DNA from: Faecousia sp.
GTDB taxonomy: Bacteria; Bacillota; Clostridia; Oscillospirales; Oscillospiraceae
Length of the DNA: 61,097 bases
Direction of reading: 5' to 3'
Assembly (NCBI GenBank): GCA_045577035.1
Contig: JAZNHQ010000025.1
Span: 1-61,097 of the forward strand
Position numbers and translations under genes: made by a program
Shown: piece by piece, positions 37,459 to 47,039 of the stretch
How positions within the stretch are numbered: the stretch's first letter is position 1
How the letters are laid out: each line of letters starts with the position of its first letter
Notes under the pieces: model-generated
What the model saw: only the letters and a program-made list of their open reading frames with translations
Told to the model about the DNA's origin: nothing
The model's database searches: none

Positions 37459-39024
37459 ATGAAAAAAACAATACGCTATGTCGTAGAGGGAAAAACCGTG
37501 GAACGGGTGGTCAATATCATTCCCGTTCGTTTTATCATCGCTATTTTCCTGACCCTGTTTGAGGTACTTGCAGTCATCGGCGTTGTGGTGGCACTTTGCT
37601 ACTATGTGCCGTATTTTTACATAGCCGCATGGATCACCCAAGTGTTCTGTGTGATCCGTATTATTGCCTCCGATGACAACCCCGATTATAAAGTTCCCTG
37701 GTTGCTGGCAGTGTTGGTGATCCCGGTTGCCGGCTTTATGCTGTATTTTCTGTTCTATTCCAGAAAATTGAAGCGACGCTTTATCAAACGGCTGAATGAG
37801 CTGAAAAACCGTGGATACAGCACAGATGACAGTAAGCTGCTTGAAAAGCTGGCAGGGGAGGACCCCACTGCAGCAGCCCAGGCAAGAATGCTTTGCAAAA
37901 TTGCAGATGCACATTTGTTTACCAATACTAAGCAAACTTATTTCTCCCTGGGAGAAGAAATGTTTCCGGTGTTGCTGGATGATCTGGAAAAGGCCGAGAA
38001 GTTTATTTACATGGAATACTTCATCGTAGAGGAGGGCAAGCTCTGGGATTCTGTATTGGATGTTCTGAAGCGAAAAGCCGCGCAGGGCGTGGAGGTCAAG
38101 GTCTTATATGACGACATTGGCTGTATGCTGACTTTGCCCGGTTACTATTTTAAGCTTTTACAGGAGCAGGGGATCCATGCAGTACCGTTTTCTCCTCTGA
38201 GGGGTAATGCGGACAGCGAATTCAATAACCGCAGTCACCGGAAAATCACGGTTATTGACGGCAAGATCGGCTATACCGGCGGTATCAACCTGGCAGACGA
38301 ATACATCAATGAAATCGTAAAATTTGGCCATTGGAAGGATACGGCAATCCGTATTGAGGGCGAAGCTGTGTGGGAACTGACAAGATTGTTTCTTGTAGAC
38401 TTCGGCATCAATGTGCGTAAAATGCCTGAGCTTCCTCATGACCTGTATCCTGCCCAGCCAACAGCAAACGAAGAGGGGTACATAATACCCTTTGGTGACG
38501 GCCCTAATCCCATTTATAAACGCAGGGTGGGCAAAAGCGTCATTCAGAATATGCTTAGCGGTGCCACCCGGTATGCCTGGATGACCACCCCTTATCTGAT
38601 CATAGACAATGATCTGTGTACAGATCTGGAAAACGCGGCTCTTCGGGGCGTGGATGTACGGATCATTGTTCCCCATATCCCGGATAAGAAAATGGTTTTT
38701 GGCATGACCCAAAGCTTCTATCCCAGGCTCATGGCCGCCGGTGTCAAGATCTATGAATACGAGCCGGGATTCATTCACGCAAAGATGTATCTTGTGGATG
38801 ATGTCTATGCCATGATCGGCACCATTAACTTGGATTACAGAAGCCTTGTGCATCATTTTGAAAACGGCATATGGATGTACCGGTGTGAGGCGGTCAGATC
38901 CATAAAAGAGGATATCGTGTGTACCCTTGACCAGTGTATTGCGGTTACGCCGGATATGCTGAACACCAATCTTCTGCAGCGCTTCATCCGGGCGGTGGTC
39001 AGGATATTTGCGCCGATGCTATAA
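37459..39024 (+). CDS. cls: Cardiolipin synthase
   Basis: Two HKD motifs, HRKITVIDG and HAKMYLVDD; N-terminal TM segments; GTINLDYRS. Confidence 0.93.
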   Translation: MKKTIRYVVEGKTVERVVNIIPVRFIIAIFLTLFEVLAVIGVVVALCYYVPYFYIAAWITQVFCVIRIIASDDNPDYKVPWLLAVLVIPVAGFMLYFLFYSRKLKRRFIKRLNELKNRGYSTDDSKLLEKLAGEDPTAAAQARMLCKIADAHLFTNTKQTYFSLGEEMFPVLLDDLEKAEKFIYMEYFIVEEGKLWDSVLDVLKRKAAQGVEVKVLYDDIGCMLTLPGYYFKLLQEQGIHAVPFSPLRGNADSEFNNRSHRKITVIDGKIGYTGGINLADEYINEIVKFGHWKDTAIRIEGEAVWELTRLFLVDFGINVRKMPELPHDLYPAQPTANEEGYIIPFGDGPNPIYKRRVGKSVIQNMLSGATRYAWMTTPYLIIDNDLCTDLENAALRGVDVRIIVPHIPDKKMVFGMTQSFYPRLMAAGVKIYEYEPGFIHAKMYLVDDVYAMIGTINLDYRSLVHHFENGIWMYRCEAVRSIKEDIVCTLDQCIAVTPDMLNTNLLQRFIRAVVRIFAPML

Positions 39025-39039
39025 AAAAGGAGAAAAGCA

Positions 39040-39942
39040 ATGAACGCCATTGAAATCAGAAATCTGTCTAAAAGCTTCCGTGGCTTATATGCGGTGGACA
39101 ATTTGAATATGACCGTCCCTGTGGGCGCTATTTACGGCTTTATCGGAGAGAATGGTTCCGGTAAATCCACCACGGAAAAATTGATCTGCGGCCATCTGGT
39201 GCCCGACAAGGGTAAGATTCGCTTGTTTGGTAAGGATTACCGGGATGCAGGCGTCAGAATGCGCGTGGGCGCATTGATCGAAAACGCCGGTTGCTTCCCT
39301 AATTCCAGCATTTATCAAAATCTGCGTATGCAGACCATCAACCTGGGGTTGGAGAATCCGGACGAGGAGATCGACCGCGTACTCAAGATCGTCCGTATGG
39401 AGGAGCATGCCAATCTGAAGTTCAAGAAATGCTCCCTGGGTATGAAACAACGGATCGGTATTGCCATGGCGCTACTGGGCGATCCGGCGCTGCTGATCCT
39501 GGACGAGCCCATTAACGGCCTGGACACAGACGGTATGCGGATCATGCGTGAGATTCTGGTGGATATTACACAGAATTATGGCTGCACCGTTCTGATCTCT
39601 TCTCACATACTGGGCGAACTGGAGAAGATCGCCACCCATTATGGCATTATCCGGCAGGGTAAAATGATCATGGAGCTTTCTGCTAAAGAAATGGACAGCA
39701 GAGCCCAGGTTATGGTTTCTCTGAAAACCAAAGATCTGCGGGGCGCAAAGCACATCCTTGCGGAAACGTATGCAGATGTGCGCATAGACGGAGAATTCCT
39801 ACGAGTCTACGACGAGGAGAATCCTGCAAAGATCGTGGATATTCTCATGAAAAACGGCCATGTAGTCAGCGAAATCAAGAAAAATAAGATTGGTCTGGAA
39901 GAATACTATGTGGAATTGATGTCGGGCAAGGAGGAAGGTTAA
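39040..39942 (+). CDS. ABC exporter ATP-binding subunit (BcrA/lantibiotic-immunity type)
   Basis: GENGSGKST, SLGMKQR, LILDEPINGLD, ISSHILGE. Confidence 0.92.
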   Translation: MNAIEIRNLSKSFRGLYAVDNLNMTVPVGAIYGFIGENGSGKSTTEKLICGHLVPDKGKIRLFGKDYRDAGVRMRVGALIENAGCFPNSSIYQNLRMQTINLGLENPDEEIDRVLKIVRMEEHANLKFKKCSLGMKQRIGIAMALLGDPALLILDEPINGLDTDGMRIMREILVDITQNYGCTVLISSHILGELEKIATHYGIIRQGKMIMELSAKEMDSRAQVMVSLKTKDLRGAKHILAETYADVRIDGEFLRVYDEENPAKIVDILMKNGHVVSEIKKNKIGLEEYYVELMSGKEEG

Positions 39943-39943
39943 T

Positions 39944-40780
39944 ATGACTCATGAACTGCGATTTGAAAAGCCCAGCTTTTATAAGCGCTTGAAGGGAATG
40001 CTGGGTGTGGACTTTTACCGACTGTTCCATACCCCTATGTTCTATATTTTCCTGGCGATCGCCGCCATTATCCCTGCTATGGTCTCTGCTATGACCATGA
40101 TGCCCGATCAAAACGGAAACACCATGGAGCCTTTGTATTCCAACACCTGGCAGATCATTGCGGCCTCCAGTCCGTTGTATGTGATCAATACCATTGCCGA
40201 TTATGCCAATATGAATATGGTATTTATTTTTGGCGGTATTATGGTGTCCATCTTTATTGGACATGACTATAAGAGCGGCTATGTAAAGCAGTTGTTTACC
40301 ACCCACGCCAAAAAGCGGGATTATATGATGTCCAAGTCCATCGTTTGCGCATTTGCCATGGCTTGTATGTGCCTTACATATTTGATCGGTGGTGTTATGG
40401 GCGGTGTGTTTGCAGGCTATTCCATGGAAGTCAATGTGGGCTCTTTGCTCATTGCTATTTTGGGTAAGATGATCATGAGTCTGGGCTGGGCCAGCCTGTA
40501 TACATTCCTGAATGTGATCTTTCGTAAATACTTCGGCGTGTCCATAGCTTCCAGCTTTTTCTTTGGCACCGGTATTCTGATCGTAGGTGTGGCAGCAGTG
40601 GTGGAGAACCTGTCCCTGCCCACAGGCTTTCTGAATATGTTTTTGTACGGTGCGTCTGTTAATGCCTGTCTGACTAGCAATCTGACGACACTGGTTACCT
40701 GCATTGCCACCTCAGTGGCCTGGGCGGTCATATATAATACCGCAGGTACCGCAGTGCTGGCAAACAGTGATGTTTACTAA
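39944..40780 (+). CDS. ABC-2-type exporter permease
   Basis: Six predicted hydrophobic segments; DYKSGYVKQ motif; adjacent to the ATPase. Confidence 0.82.
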   Translation: MTHELRFEKPSFYKRLKGMLGVDFYRLFHTPMFYIFLAIAAIIPAMVSAMTMMPDQNGNTMEPLYSNTWQIIAASSPLYVINTIADYANMNMVFIFGGIMVSIFIGHDYKSGYVKQLFTTHAKKRDYMMSKSIVCAFAMACMCLTYLIGGVMGGVFAGYSMEVNVGSLLIAILGKMIMSLGWASLYTFLNVIFRKYFGVSIASSFFFGTGILIVGVAAVVENLSLPTGFLNMFLYGASVNACLTSNLTTLVTCIATSVAWAVIYNTAGTAVLANSDVY

Positions 40781-40792
40781 GGGGGCAAGGCT

Positions 40793-41692
40793 ATGAATGC
40801 AGTAGAAATCAAAAATCTGTCCAAGAATTTTGGCACGAAGCAGGCTGTCTGTGGCCTGAATATGACTGTGCCCATGGGTGCTATTTACGGCTTTATCGGT
40901 GAGAACGGCTCCGGTAAATCTACCACGGAAAAAATGATCTGCGGCTTGATCCCCAAATCCGGTGGCTCCATCAAGCTGTACGGTAAGGATCATACAGACG
41001 GCGCTGTCCGGGCGAAGCTTGGCGTACTCATTGAATCCCCCGGCTGTTTCCCCGGTTTGACTGTTTGGGATAATATGATGATCCAGGCAGCCAATCTGGA
41101 TCTGAAGAATCCCAAGCAGGAAGTTATGAAAATGCTGAAGCTTGTTCGTATGGAGGGCACTGCCGGAAATAAATATAAAAACTGCTCTTTGGGCATGAAG
41201 CAGCGTATTGGCATTGCTATGGCACTGCTGGGTGACCCTACGCTGCTGGTGCTGGACGAGCCTCTCAACGGCCTGGATGCAGACGGCATGCGCATTATGC
41301 GTGAGGTGTTCTGTGATATTGTCAAGGACGGTCAGCGCAGCATTCTGGTTTCCTCCCATCTGCTGGGCGAGCTGCAGAAGGTCGCTACCCACTACGGCAT
41401 CATCCGCCATGGCAAAATGATTTGTGAAATGACTGCTGACCAGCTGGATGCCAGCTGCCGTACCTTTATTCGCCTGCAATGTGCGGACATGAAGCAGGCA
41501 AAGAAGCTTCTAAGTCTTAAATACTCCCGTGTGGAAGAAGACGAAGCAGGGTATATCCGAGTATATGATCCTACCACACCGGAAAATGTGGTTGCCGAGC
41601 TTTATGATAACGGCATCTGCGTTACGGAGCTGGGGATGGACAAGATCGGACTTGAGGAATACTACATTGACTTGATGAAGGAGGGGAAATAA
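40793..41692 (+). CDS. ABC exporter ATP-binding subunit (second copy)
   Basis: GENGSGKST, SLGMKQR, DEPLNGLD; highly similar to 39040-39942. Confidence 0.92.
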   Translation: MNAVEIKNLSKNFGTKQAVCGLNMTVPMGAIYGFIGENGSGKSTTEKMICGLIPKSGGSIKLYGKDHTDGAVRAKLGVLIESPGCFPGLTVWDNMMIQAANLDLKNPKQEVMKMLKLVRMEGTAGNKYKNCSLGMKQRIGIAMALLGDPTLLVLDEPLNGLDADGMRIMREVFCDIVKDGQRSILVSSHLLGELQKVATHYGIIRHGKMICEMTADQLDASCRTFIRLQCADMKQAKKLLSLKYSRVEEDEAGYIRVYDPTTPENVVAELYDNGICVTELGMDKIGLEEYYIDLMKEGK

Positions 41693-41694
41693 CC

Positions 41695-42519
41695 ATGACG
41701 CAGGAATTGAAGTTCCAGCCTGTCAAAGGACAGACCAAAAGCATGCTGAAGGTAGACTTGCGCAGAATGCGCAAATCCAAGCTGTTTTACATTTTGATCG
41801 CTTGCGCATTGGTGATTCCAATTCTGATCACCGTCATGATGACTATGATGGACGGTACTGTTTCCGAGAATCCCCAAACCGGCGAGATCACAGTCATGGA
41901 AGGTCCGGAAAACGCATGGCAGTCTATTGGAACATTGCCTTCCGATGCTCCGGTAGGGGAGGAAGCAACAGCTATGGGCGGTATGGATGTGATGAGCATG
42001 TGTAATATCAATATGATGTTCATGCTGGTGTGTGTGTTTGTTTGCCTGTTTATCTGCGATGATTCCCGCAGCGGCTACGCCAAAAATCTGTTCACTGTCC
42101 GGGCAAAGAAGGGTAATTATGTGGTTTCTAAAACTGTTGCAGGATTTATTTGCGGCAGTTTGCTTCTGATCTTCTATTTTGTGGGCGCTATGCTGGGGGC
42201 GGCCATGTCCGGCCTGTCCTTTGATCTGTGCGGTCTGAGCGTGATGAACATCGTCATGTGTATGCTCTCCAAGATCCTGTTGATGCTGGTGTTTGTGCCC
42301 ATTTTTGTGCTGGTAAGTGTTGGTGCTAAGCAGAAGGCATGGCTTGCTATCTGTGGCTCTTTGGGTGCAGGTATGCTGCTGTTTATGATGGTAGGCATGA
42401 TCACGCCGCTTAATGCTACCGCGATGAATGTGATCCTGTGCCTGGCTGGCGGCGCTATGTTCAGCTTTGGGCTGGGTGCTTGCAGCAAGCATGTATTAAA
42501 GAAAACAAGTCTTGTATAA
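41695..42519 (+). CDS. ABC-2-type exporter permease (second copy)
   Basis: MTQELKF...MLKVD N-terminus like 39944; RSGYAKNLFT; multiple TM segments. Confidence 0.82.
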   Translation: MTQELKFQPVKGQTKSMLKVDLRRMRKSKLFYILIACALVIPILITVMMTMMDGTVSENPQTGEITVMEGPENAWQSIGTLPSDAPVGEEATAMGGMDVMSMCNINMMFMLVCVFVCLFICDDSRSGYAKNLFTVRAKKGNYVVSKTVAGFICGSLLLIFYFVGAMLGAAMSGLSFDLCGLSVMNIVMCMLSKILLMLVFVPIFVLVSVGAKQKAWLAICGSLGAGMLLFMMVGMITPLNATAMNVILCLAGGAMFSFGLGACSKHVLKKTSLV

Positions 42520-42522
42520 TGG

Positions 42523-42554
42523 TTCAGGCAACGCCAAAATCGGCGTTGCCTGAA
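42523..42554 (+). terminator. Hairpin terminator
   Basis: TTCAGGCAACGCC-aaaatc-GGCGTTGCCTGAA. Confidence 0.7.
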
Positions 42555-42567
42555 TGTTTATAAACTT

Positions 42568-42619
42568 GTTGACATCTCAACGAGCGCGTGATAAAATCCG
42601 TACTTGTTGAGATGTCAAC
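42568..42619 (+). promoter_or_regulatory. SigA promoter of adh-aldh with two palindromic operator boxes
   Basis: TTGACA(42569)-17 bp-TAAAAT(42592) with extended TG; boxes GTTGACATCTCAAC (42568-42581) and GTTGAGATGTCAAC (42606-42619). Confidence 0.75.
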
Positions 42620-42649
42620 AATATACTGAAGTAGGAGATTAATAGTCAT

Positions 42650-43863
42650 ATGTTTTTTCTGAAAGCTGCGTATTGCCGTGTATTTCAAACGGCGTTTCGA
42701 ATCGCTTTGCCTCTTTTGCCATATAGAGAGCCCAAGATCATAGACTCCTGTGAGGCACTTGACAATGTGTTCAAAACGAATAGTATTAAATCTGTACTGA
42801 TCGTTACTGACAGAGGAATTGTCAGTAATGGCCTGGTTTGCCCACTGGAATCTGTATTACGCAAAAGCGGTGTACAGTACGCCATATATCAGGATACCCA
42901 GCCAAACCCTACGGTACATAATGTAGAAGCTGCATTGAAAGTGTATCATGAGCATAATTGTGATTGTCTGATTGCTGTTGGCGGAGGCTCCTCTATGGAT
43001 TGCGCCAAGGCCGTAGGAGCCAGAGTGGTGTACCCAAGAAAACCGTGGGGCAAATGAAGGGTATTCTGCGTGTGCTTCGCAGATTGCCCACGTTTATCGC
43101 CATTCCAACAACTGCCGACACAGGTAGTGAAACTACCCTTGCAGCAGTGATTACGGATAGTGAGAAGCAGCACAAGTATGCGCTTATGAGTTTTCCGCTG
43201 ATCTCCCATTATTCGGTTTTGGATGCAGCGATGACCTATTCCTTGCCACCCCATTTAACGGCTACTACGGGCATGGATGCGCTGGTACATGCGGTGGAGG
43301 CATATATTGGCCGTTCTACTACCAGGGAAACCAGACGATTGGCGCTGGAAGCGACTCGGCTTGTTTTTGAAAACATTGGCACGGCTTATAAGGATGGGAA
43401 TAATCAGCAGGCAAGGGAGAACATGCTTCGTGCGGCCTATATGGCTGGCGTGGCGTTTTCGAAATCCTATGTAGGCTACATACACGCAGTGGCCCATTCC
43501 TTAGGCGGTCAATACGGTACGCCCCATGGCCTTGCTAACGCGGTGATCATGCCCCATATTCTGGAAGCTTATGGGAAATCAGCTTATAGGAAGCTACATA
43601 ATTTAGGTGTTGCTGCCGGTGTGTGCAGTCGGTCTGATTCCTATGAAGAGGGGGCGAAGAAGTTTATTGCCGCAGTTAAGAATCTAAACATCCGACTGGG
43701 GATTCCTCAAAGGCTGTCCGGTATTCACCGCGAGGATATTCCCGGCATGGCAAAGCATGCGGAAAAAGAAGCAAATCCTTTGTATCCTGTGCCTAAACTG
43801 ATGACACGGAAAGAATTAGAAAAATTTTATTATAAAATTGCAGATTGGAGTGCTGAAGAATGA
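42650..43863 (+). pseudogene. Iron-containing alcohol dehydrogenase with a single frameshift near 43035
   Basis: The N-terminal half (PNPT, AVGGGSSMDCAKA) and C-terminal half (PTT..GSE, GMDALVHAVEAY, HAVAHSLGG...PHGLANA) lie in different frames; one extra C in TACCC(C)AAG restores YPKKTVGQMKG. Confidence 0.75.
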
Positions 43864-45242
43864 CCAATCAGGAAATTAATCATTTACTGGAAAAGCAAAG
43901 AGCATATTTTGCCACTGGTGCGACTTTGCCTGTCAAATTCCGGGTAGCACAGCTAAAGAAGCTATATGCTGCCATAAAAAAACATGATGCTCAAATCCAC
44001 GCAGCCTTAACGGAAGACCTTGGCAAGAGTACATATGAGGGCTTTATGTGTGAAACCGGTATGGTGCTGTCTGAGATATCCTATATGATCCGTCACACCA
44101 AGAAATTTGCAAAGCAGAAAAGGGTATACACGCCCTTAGCGCAGTTTGCTTCCCGTAGCTATCGCCAGAGCGTTCCTTACGGAAATACTCTGATCATGAG
44201 TCCCTGGAATTATCCGTTCCTGCTGTCTATGGATCCGCTGGTGGATGCCATTGCCGCAGGCAACACGGCCATTGTCAAACCCAGTGCATATTCTCCTGCC
44301 ACCGGTGAGATTATTGCTCAGATCCTCTCTGAGTGCTTTCCGGAGGAGTATGTGGCGGTGGTCAACGGCGGCAGAGCAGAAAATGCCGCACTGCTGGAAC
44401 AAAAATTTGACATGATTTTCTTCACAGGCAGTCAGGCGGTGGGTAGGGAAGTGTTGCGCCATGCTGCGGATCATCTGACACCAGCTGTTCTGGAGCTGGG
44501 CGGAAAAAGCCCTTGCATTGTGGATGAAAGTGCTAAGATTTCCCTGACGGCCAAACGCATTGTATTCGGCAAATTCCTCAACTGCGGTCAGACCTGTGTG
44601 GCACCGGATTATATACTGTGCCACAGTTCCGTCAAAGATGCTCTTGTAGCAGAACTTGCCAAACAGATCAAGCTGCAGTTTGGGGAAAAGCCTTTGGATA
44701 ATCCAAACTACGGTAAAATTATCAATCTAAAGCATTTCCAGCGTCTTTGCGGCCTATTGGATGAAAATAAAATTGTTATTGGCGGGCAGACCAATGAGGC
44801 AGCTTGTAAAATTGCACCTACGGTTATGGAGAATGTGACCTGCGAGGATGCAGTCATGGGTCAAGAGATATTTGGCCCCATTCTGCCTATCATCACATAT
44901 GAAGATTTCGAAGAATTACTTCAGGATCTTCAGACTAAGGAAAAGCCGTTGGCCCTGTACCTATTTTCTCACAACAAAAAGCATATCCATGCTGTCAATA
45001 CCCGACTTTGCTTCGGCGGCGGTTGTATCAATGATGTGGTGATCCACCTGGCAACCAGTGAAATGGGCTTTGGCGGTGTAGGGCAGAGCGGTATGGGCAG
45101 TTATCATGGGCAGGATGGATTTGATGCATTTTCCCATTACAAATCCATGGTAGATAAGAAAACCTGGTTGGATCTGCCTATGCGCTATCAACCCTATAAG
45201 AGCAAATTATACGAAAAATTATTGCATTTATTTTTGCGATAA
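43860..45242 (+). CDS. Aldehyde dehydrogenase (ALDH3/YwdH-like)
   Basis: SPWNYP, KPS, FFTGS, LELGGKSP, NCGQTCVAPDY, EIFGP, FGGVGQSGMG.YHG. Confidence 0.93.
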   Translation: MTNQEINHLLEKQRAYFATGATLPVKFRVAQLKKLYAAIKKHDAQIHAALTEDLGKSTYEGFMCETGMVLSEISYMIRHTKKFAKQKRVYTPLAQFASRSYRQSVPYGNTLIMSPWNYPFLLSMDPLVDAIAAGNTAIVKPSAYSPATGEIIAQILSECFPEEYVAVVNGGRAENAALLEQKFDMIFFTGSQAVGREVLRHAADHLTPAVLELGGKSPCIVDESAKISLTAKRIVFGKFLNCGQTCVAPDYILCHSSVKDALVAELAKQIKLQFGEKPLDNPNYGKIINLKHFQRLCGLLDENKIVIGGQTNEAACKIAPTVMENVTCEDAVMGQEIFGPILPIITYEDFEELLQDLQTKEKPLALYLFSHNKKHIHAVNTRLCFGGGCINDVVIHLATSEMGFGGVGQSGMGSYHGQDGFDAFSHYKSMVDKKTWLDLPMRYQPYKSKLYEKLLHLFLR

Positions 45243-45310
45243 TCAATCGCATAAACAAAACTTTAACATTTATATGTTATAATCTCTTAACTGGATAAAG
45301 GAGGCGAATT

Positions 45311-45982
45311 ATGTTTCGGATATTGGTTGTAGAAGATGACAGAGAATTGAATCATACTGTTTGCTCTTTTCTGAATCAGAGCGGATACAGGGCAGAGGGC
45401 TGCCTAAATGCAACAGAAGCCTATGACGCACTGTATGGCAATATGTTCGATCTGATCGTGTCGGATATTATGATGCCTGGAATTGACGGCTTTGAGTTTG
45501 CAAAAACAGTGCGGGAGCTGAACGAGGAGATTCCTATCTTGTTTATGACGGCCCGGGATGATATTGCTTCCAAACAAAGAGGTTTCCGCATTGGTGTGGA
45601 CGATTATATGGTCAAGCCTATTGACTTGGATGAATTGTTCTTGCGGATCGGAGCTCTATTGCGAAGAGCAAAGATTGCGTCGTCCCGCAAGCTGGAGATC
45701 GGCAGCTTCCTTATGGATGCGGACGAGCATACCGCTTACTTGGATGGTGAAGAGGTCCCCATGACCAACCGGGAGTTCTCTATTTTGTATAAGCTGCTGT
45801 CCTACCCGAAAAAAACCTTTACCCGAATGCAGCTCATGGACGAGTTTTGGGATGCAGATACGGAAACGGCTCCCCGGGCGGTGGATGTGTATATGACCAA
45901 GCTGCGCAGTAAGGTGGGCAATTGTCCGGATTTTGAGATCGTTACGGTCCACGGCTTGGGCTATAAGGCGGTGATCAAGTGA
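45311..45982 (+). CDS. OmpR-family response regulator (HssR-like)
   Basis: ILVVEDD, SDIMMPGIDG, DDYMVKP, winged helix VDVYMTKLR...TVHGLGY. Confidence 0.93.
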   Translation: MFRILVVEDDRELNHTVCSFLNQSGYRAEGCLNATEAYDALYGNMFDLIVSDIMMPGIDGFEFAKTVRELNEEIPILFMTARDDIASKQRGFRIGVDDYMVKPIDLDELFLRIGALLRRAKIASSRKLEIGSFLMDADEHTAYLDGEEVPMTNREFSILYKLLSYPKKTFTRMQLMDEFWDADTETAPRAVDVYMTKLRSKVGNCPDFEIVTVHGLGYKAVIK

Positions 45983-47037
45983 AAAAGACATTGCTTCGCA
46001 TAGCGCGCAATTACATATACTTTTTTTCACTGGTAGCCTTTGTGATCACTTGCTGCAGCATGCTGTTTCTGTCTGTTATGGAAAGTGAATTGGGTGTTGC
46101 ATTGACGGAAAAAAACATTGGTGCGGCGGCAAAACTAACATTTTGGAATGTGGCTTTGCTAAGCCTTATCTTCACTGCAATTGATACTTTGCGCCGCAAG
46201 TTAACTGTGGAAAGGCCTGCCAAGGAGATTGCCAATGCGGCAGAGAAGATCGTACAGGGAGATTATTCTGTACGCGTGAAACCCCAAGGTAGCTTCGGTA
46301 CCGATGGTGCATTTAATCAGATCATTGAGTGCTTCAATAAAATGGTTCAGGAGCTTGACAGTGTGGAAACCCTGAGAGGGGATTTTATTGCGAATGTTTC
46401 CCATGAAATGCGGACACCTTTGACGGTTATTAAGAATTACGGGACTTTATTACAGGCCCCTGGTTTGCCGGATGAAAAGCGATTGGAGTATGGTAAGGGC
46501 GTCGCGGATGCTGCCGGGCGCATGGCAGAAATGATGACCAATATTCTGAAGCTGAACCAGTTGGAGAATCAGCAAATCTATCCTCAGACGGAAGAATTTG
46601 ACCTTAGTGAGCAGCTGTGTCAATGCCTTTTGCAGTTTGAAAATGTGTGGGAATCCAAGGAGATCCAGATCGAGACTCAAATTGTAGAACAGGTGACGGT
46701 AAGGTCTGATGCGCAGCTTTTGTCCCTGGTTTGGAATAACCTTTTTTCCAATGCTTTTAAGTTTACCGGTTCTGGTGGTAAGGTCAGTGTGAGCTTAAGT
46801 GCGGATAACAACCACGCCATTATTTCAGTGGAGGACAACGGCTGTGGTATGACACCGGAAGTGGGCACTCACATTTTTGAAAAGTTTTACCAGGGAGATC
46901 CCTCCCATTCTATCCGCGGTAACGGTCTGGGACTTGCATTGGTCAAACGGGTTATTGACATCGTGCAAGGCGAGATCGCTGTGAAGAGCGCTCTGGGTGA
47001 GGGTACAACCTTTATTGTGAAAATAGGCCGGGTTTGA
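45979..47037 (+). CDS. HAMP sensor histidine kinase with a very short extracellular loop
   Basis: Two TM helices, ANVSHEMRTPL, NLFSNAFKF, DNGCG, GNGLGL. Confidence 0.93.
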   Translation: MKKTLLRIARNYIYFFSLVAFVITCCSMLFLSVMESELGVALTEKNIGAAAKLTFWNVALLSLIFTAIDTLRRKLTVERPAKEIANAAEKIVQGDYSVRVKPQGSFGTDGAFNQIIECFNKMVQELDSVETLRGDFIANVSHEMRTPLTVIKNYGTLLQAPGLPDEKRLEYGKGVADAAGRMAEMMTNILKLNQLENQQIYPQTEEFDLSEQLCQCLLQFENVWESKEIQIETQIVEQVTVRSDAQLLSLVWNNLFSNAFKFTGSGGKVSVSLSADNNHAIISVEDNGCGMTPEVGTHIFEKFYQGDPSHSIRGNGLGLALVKRVIDIVQGEIAVKSALGEGTTFIVKIGRV

Positions 47038-47039
47038 TT

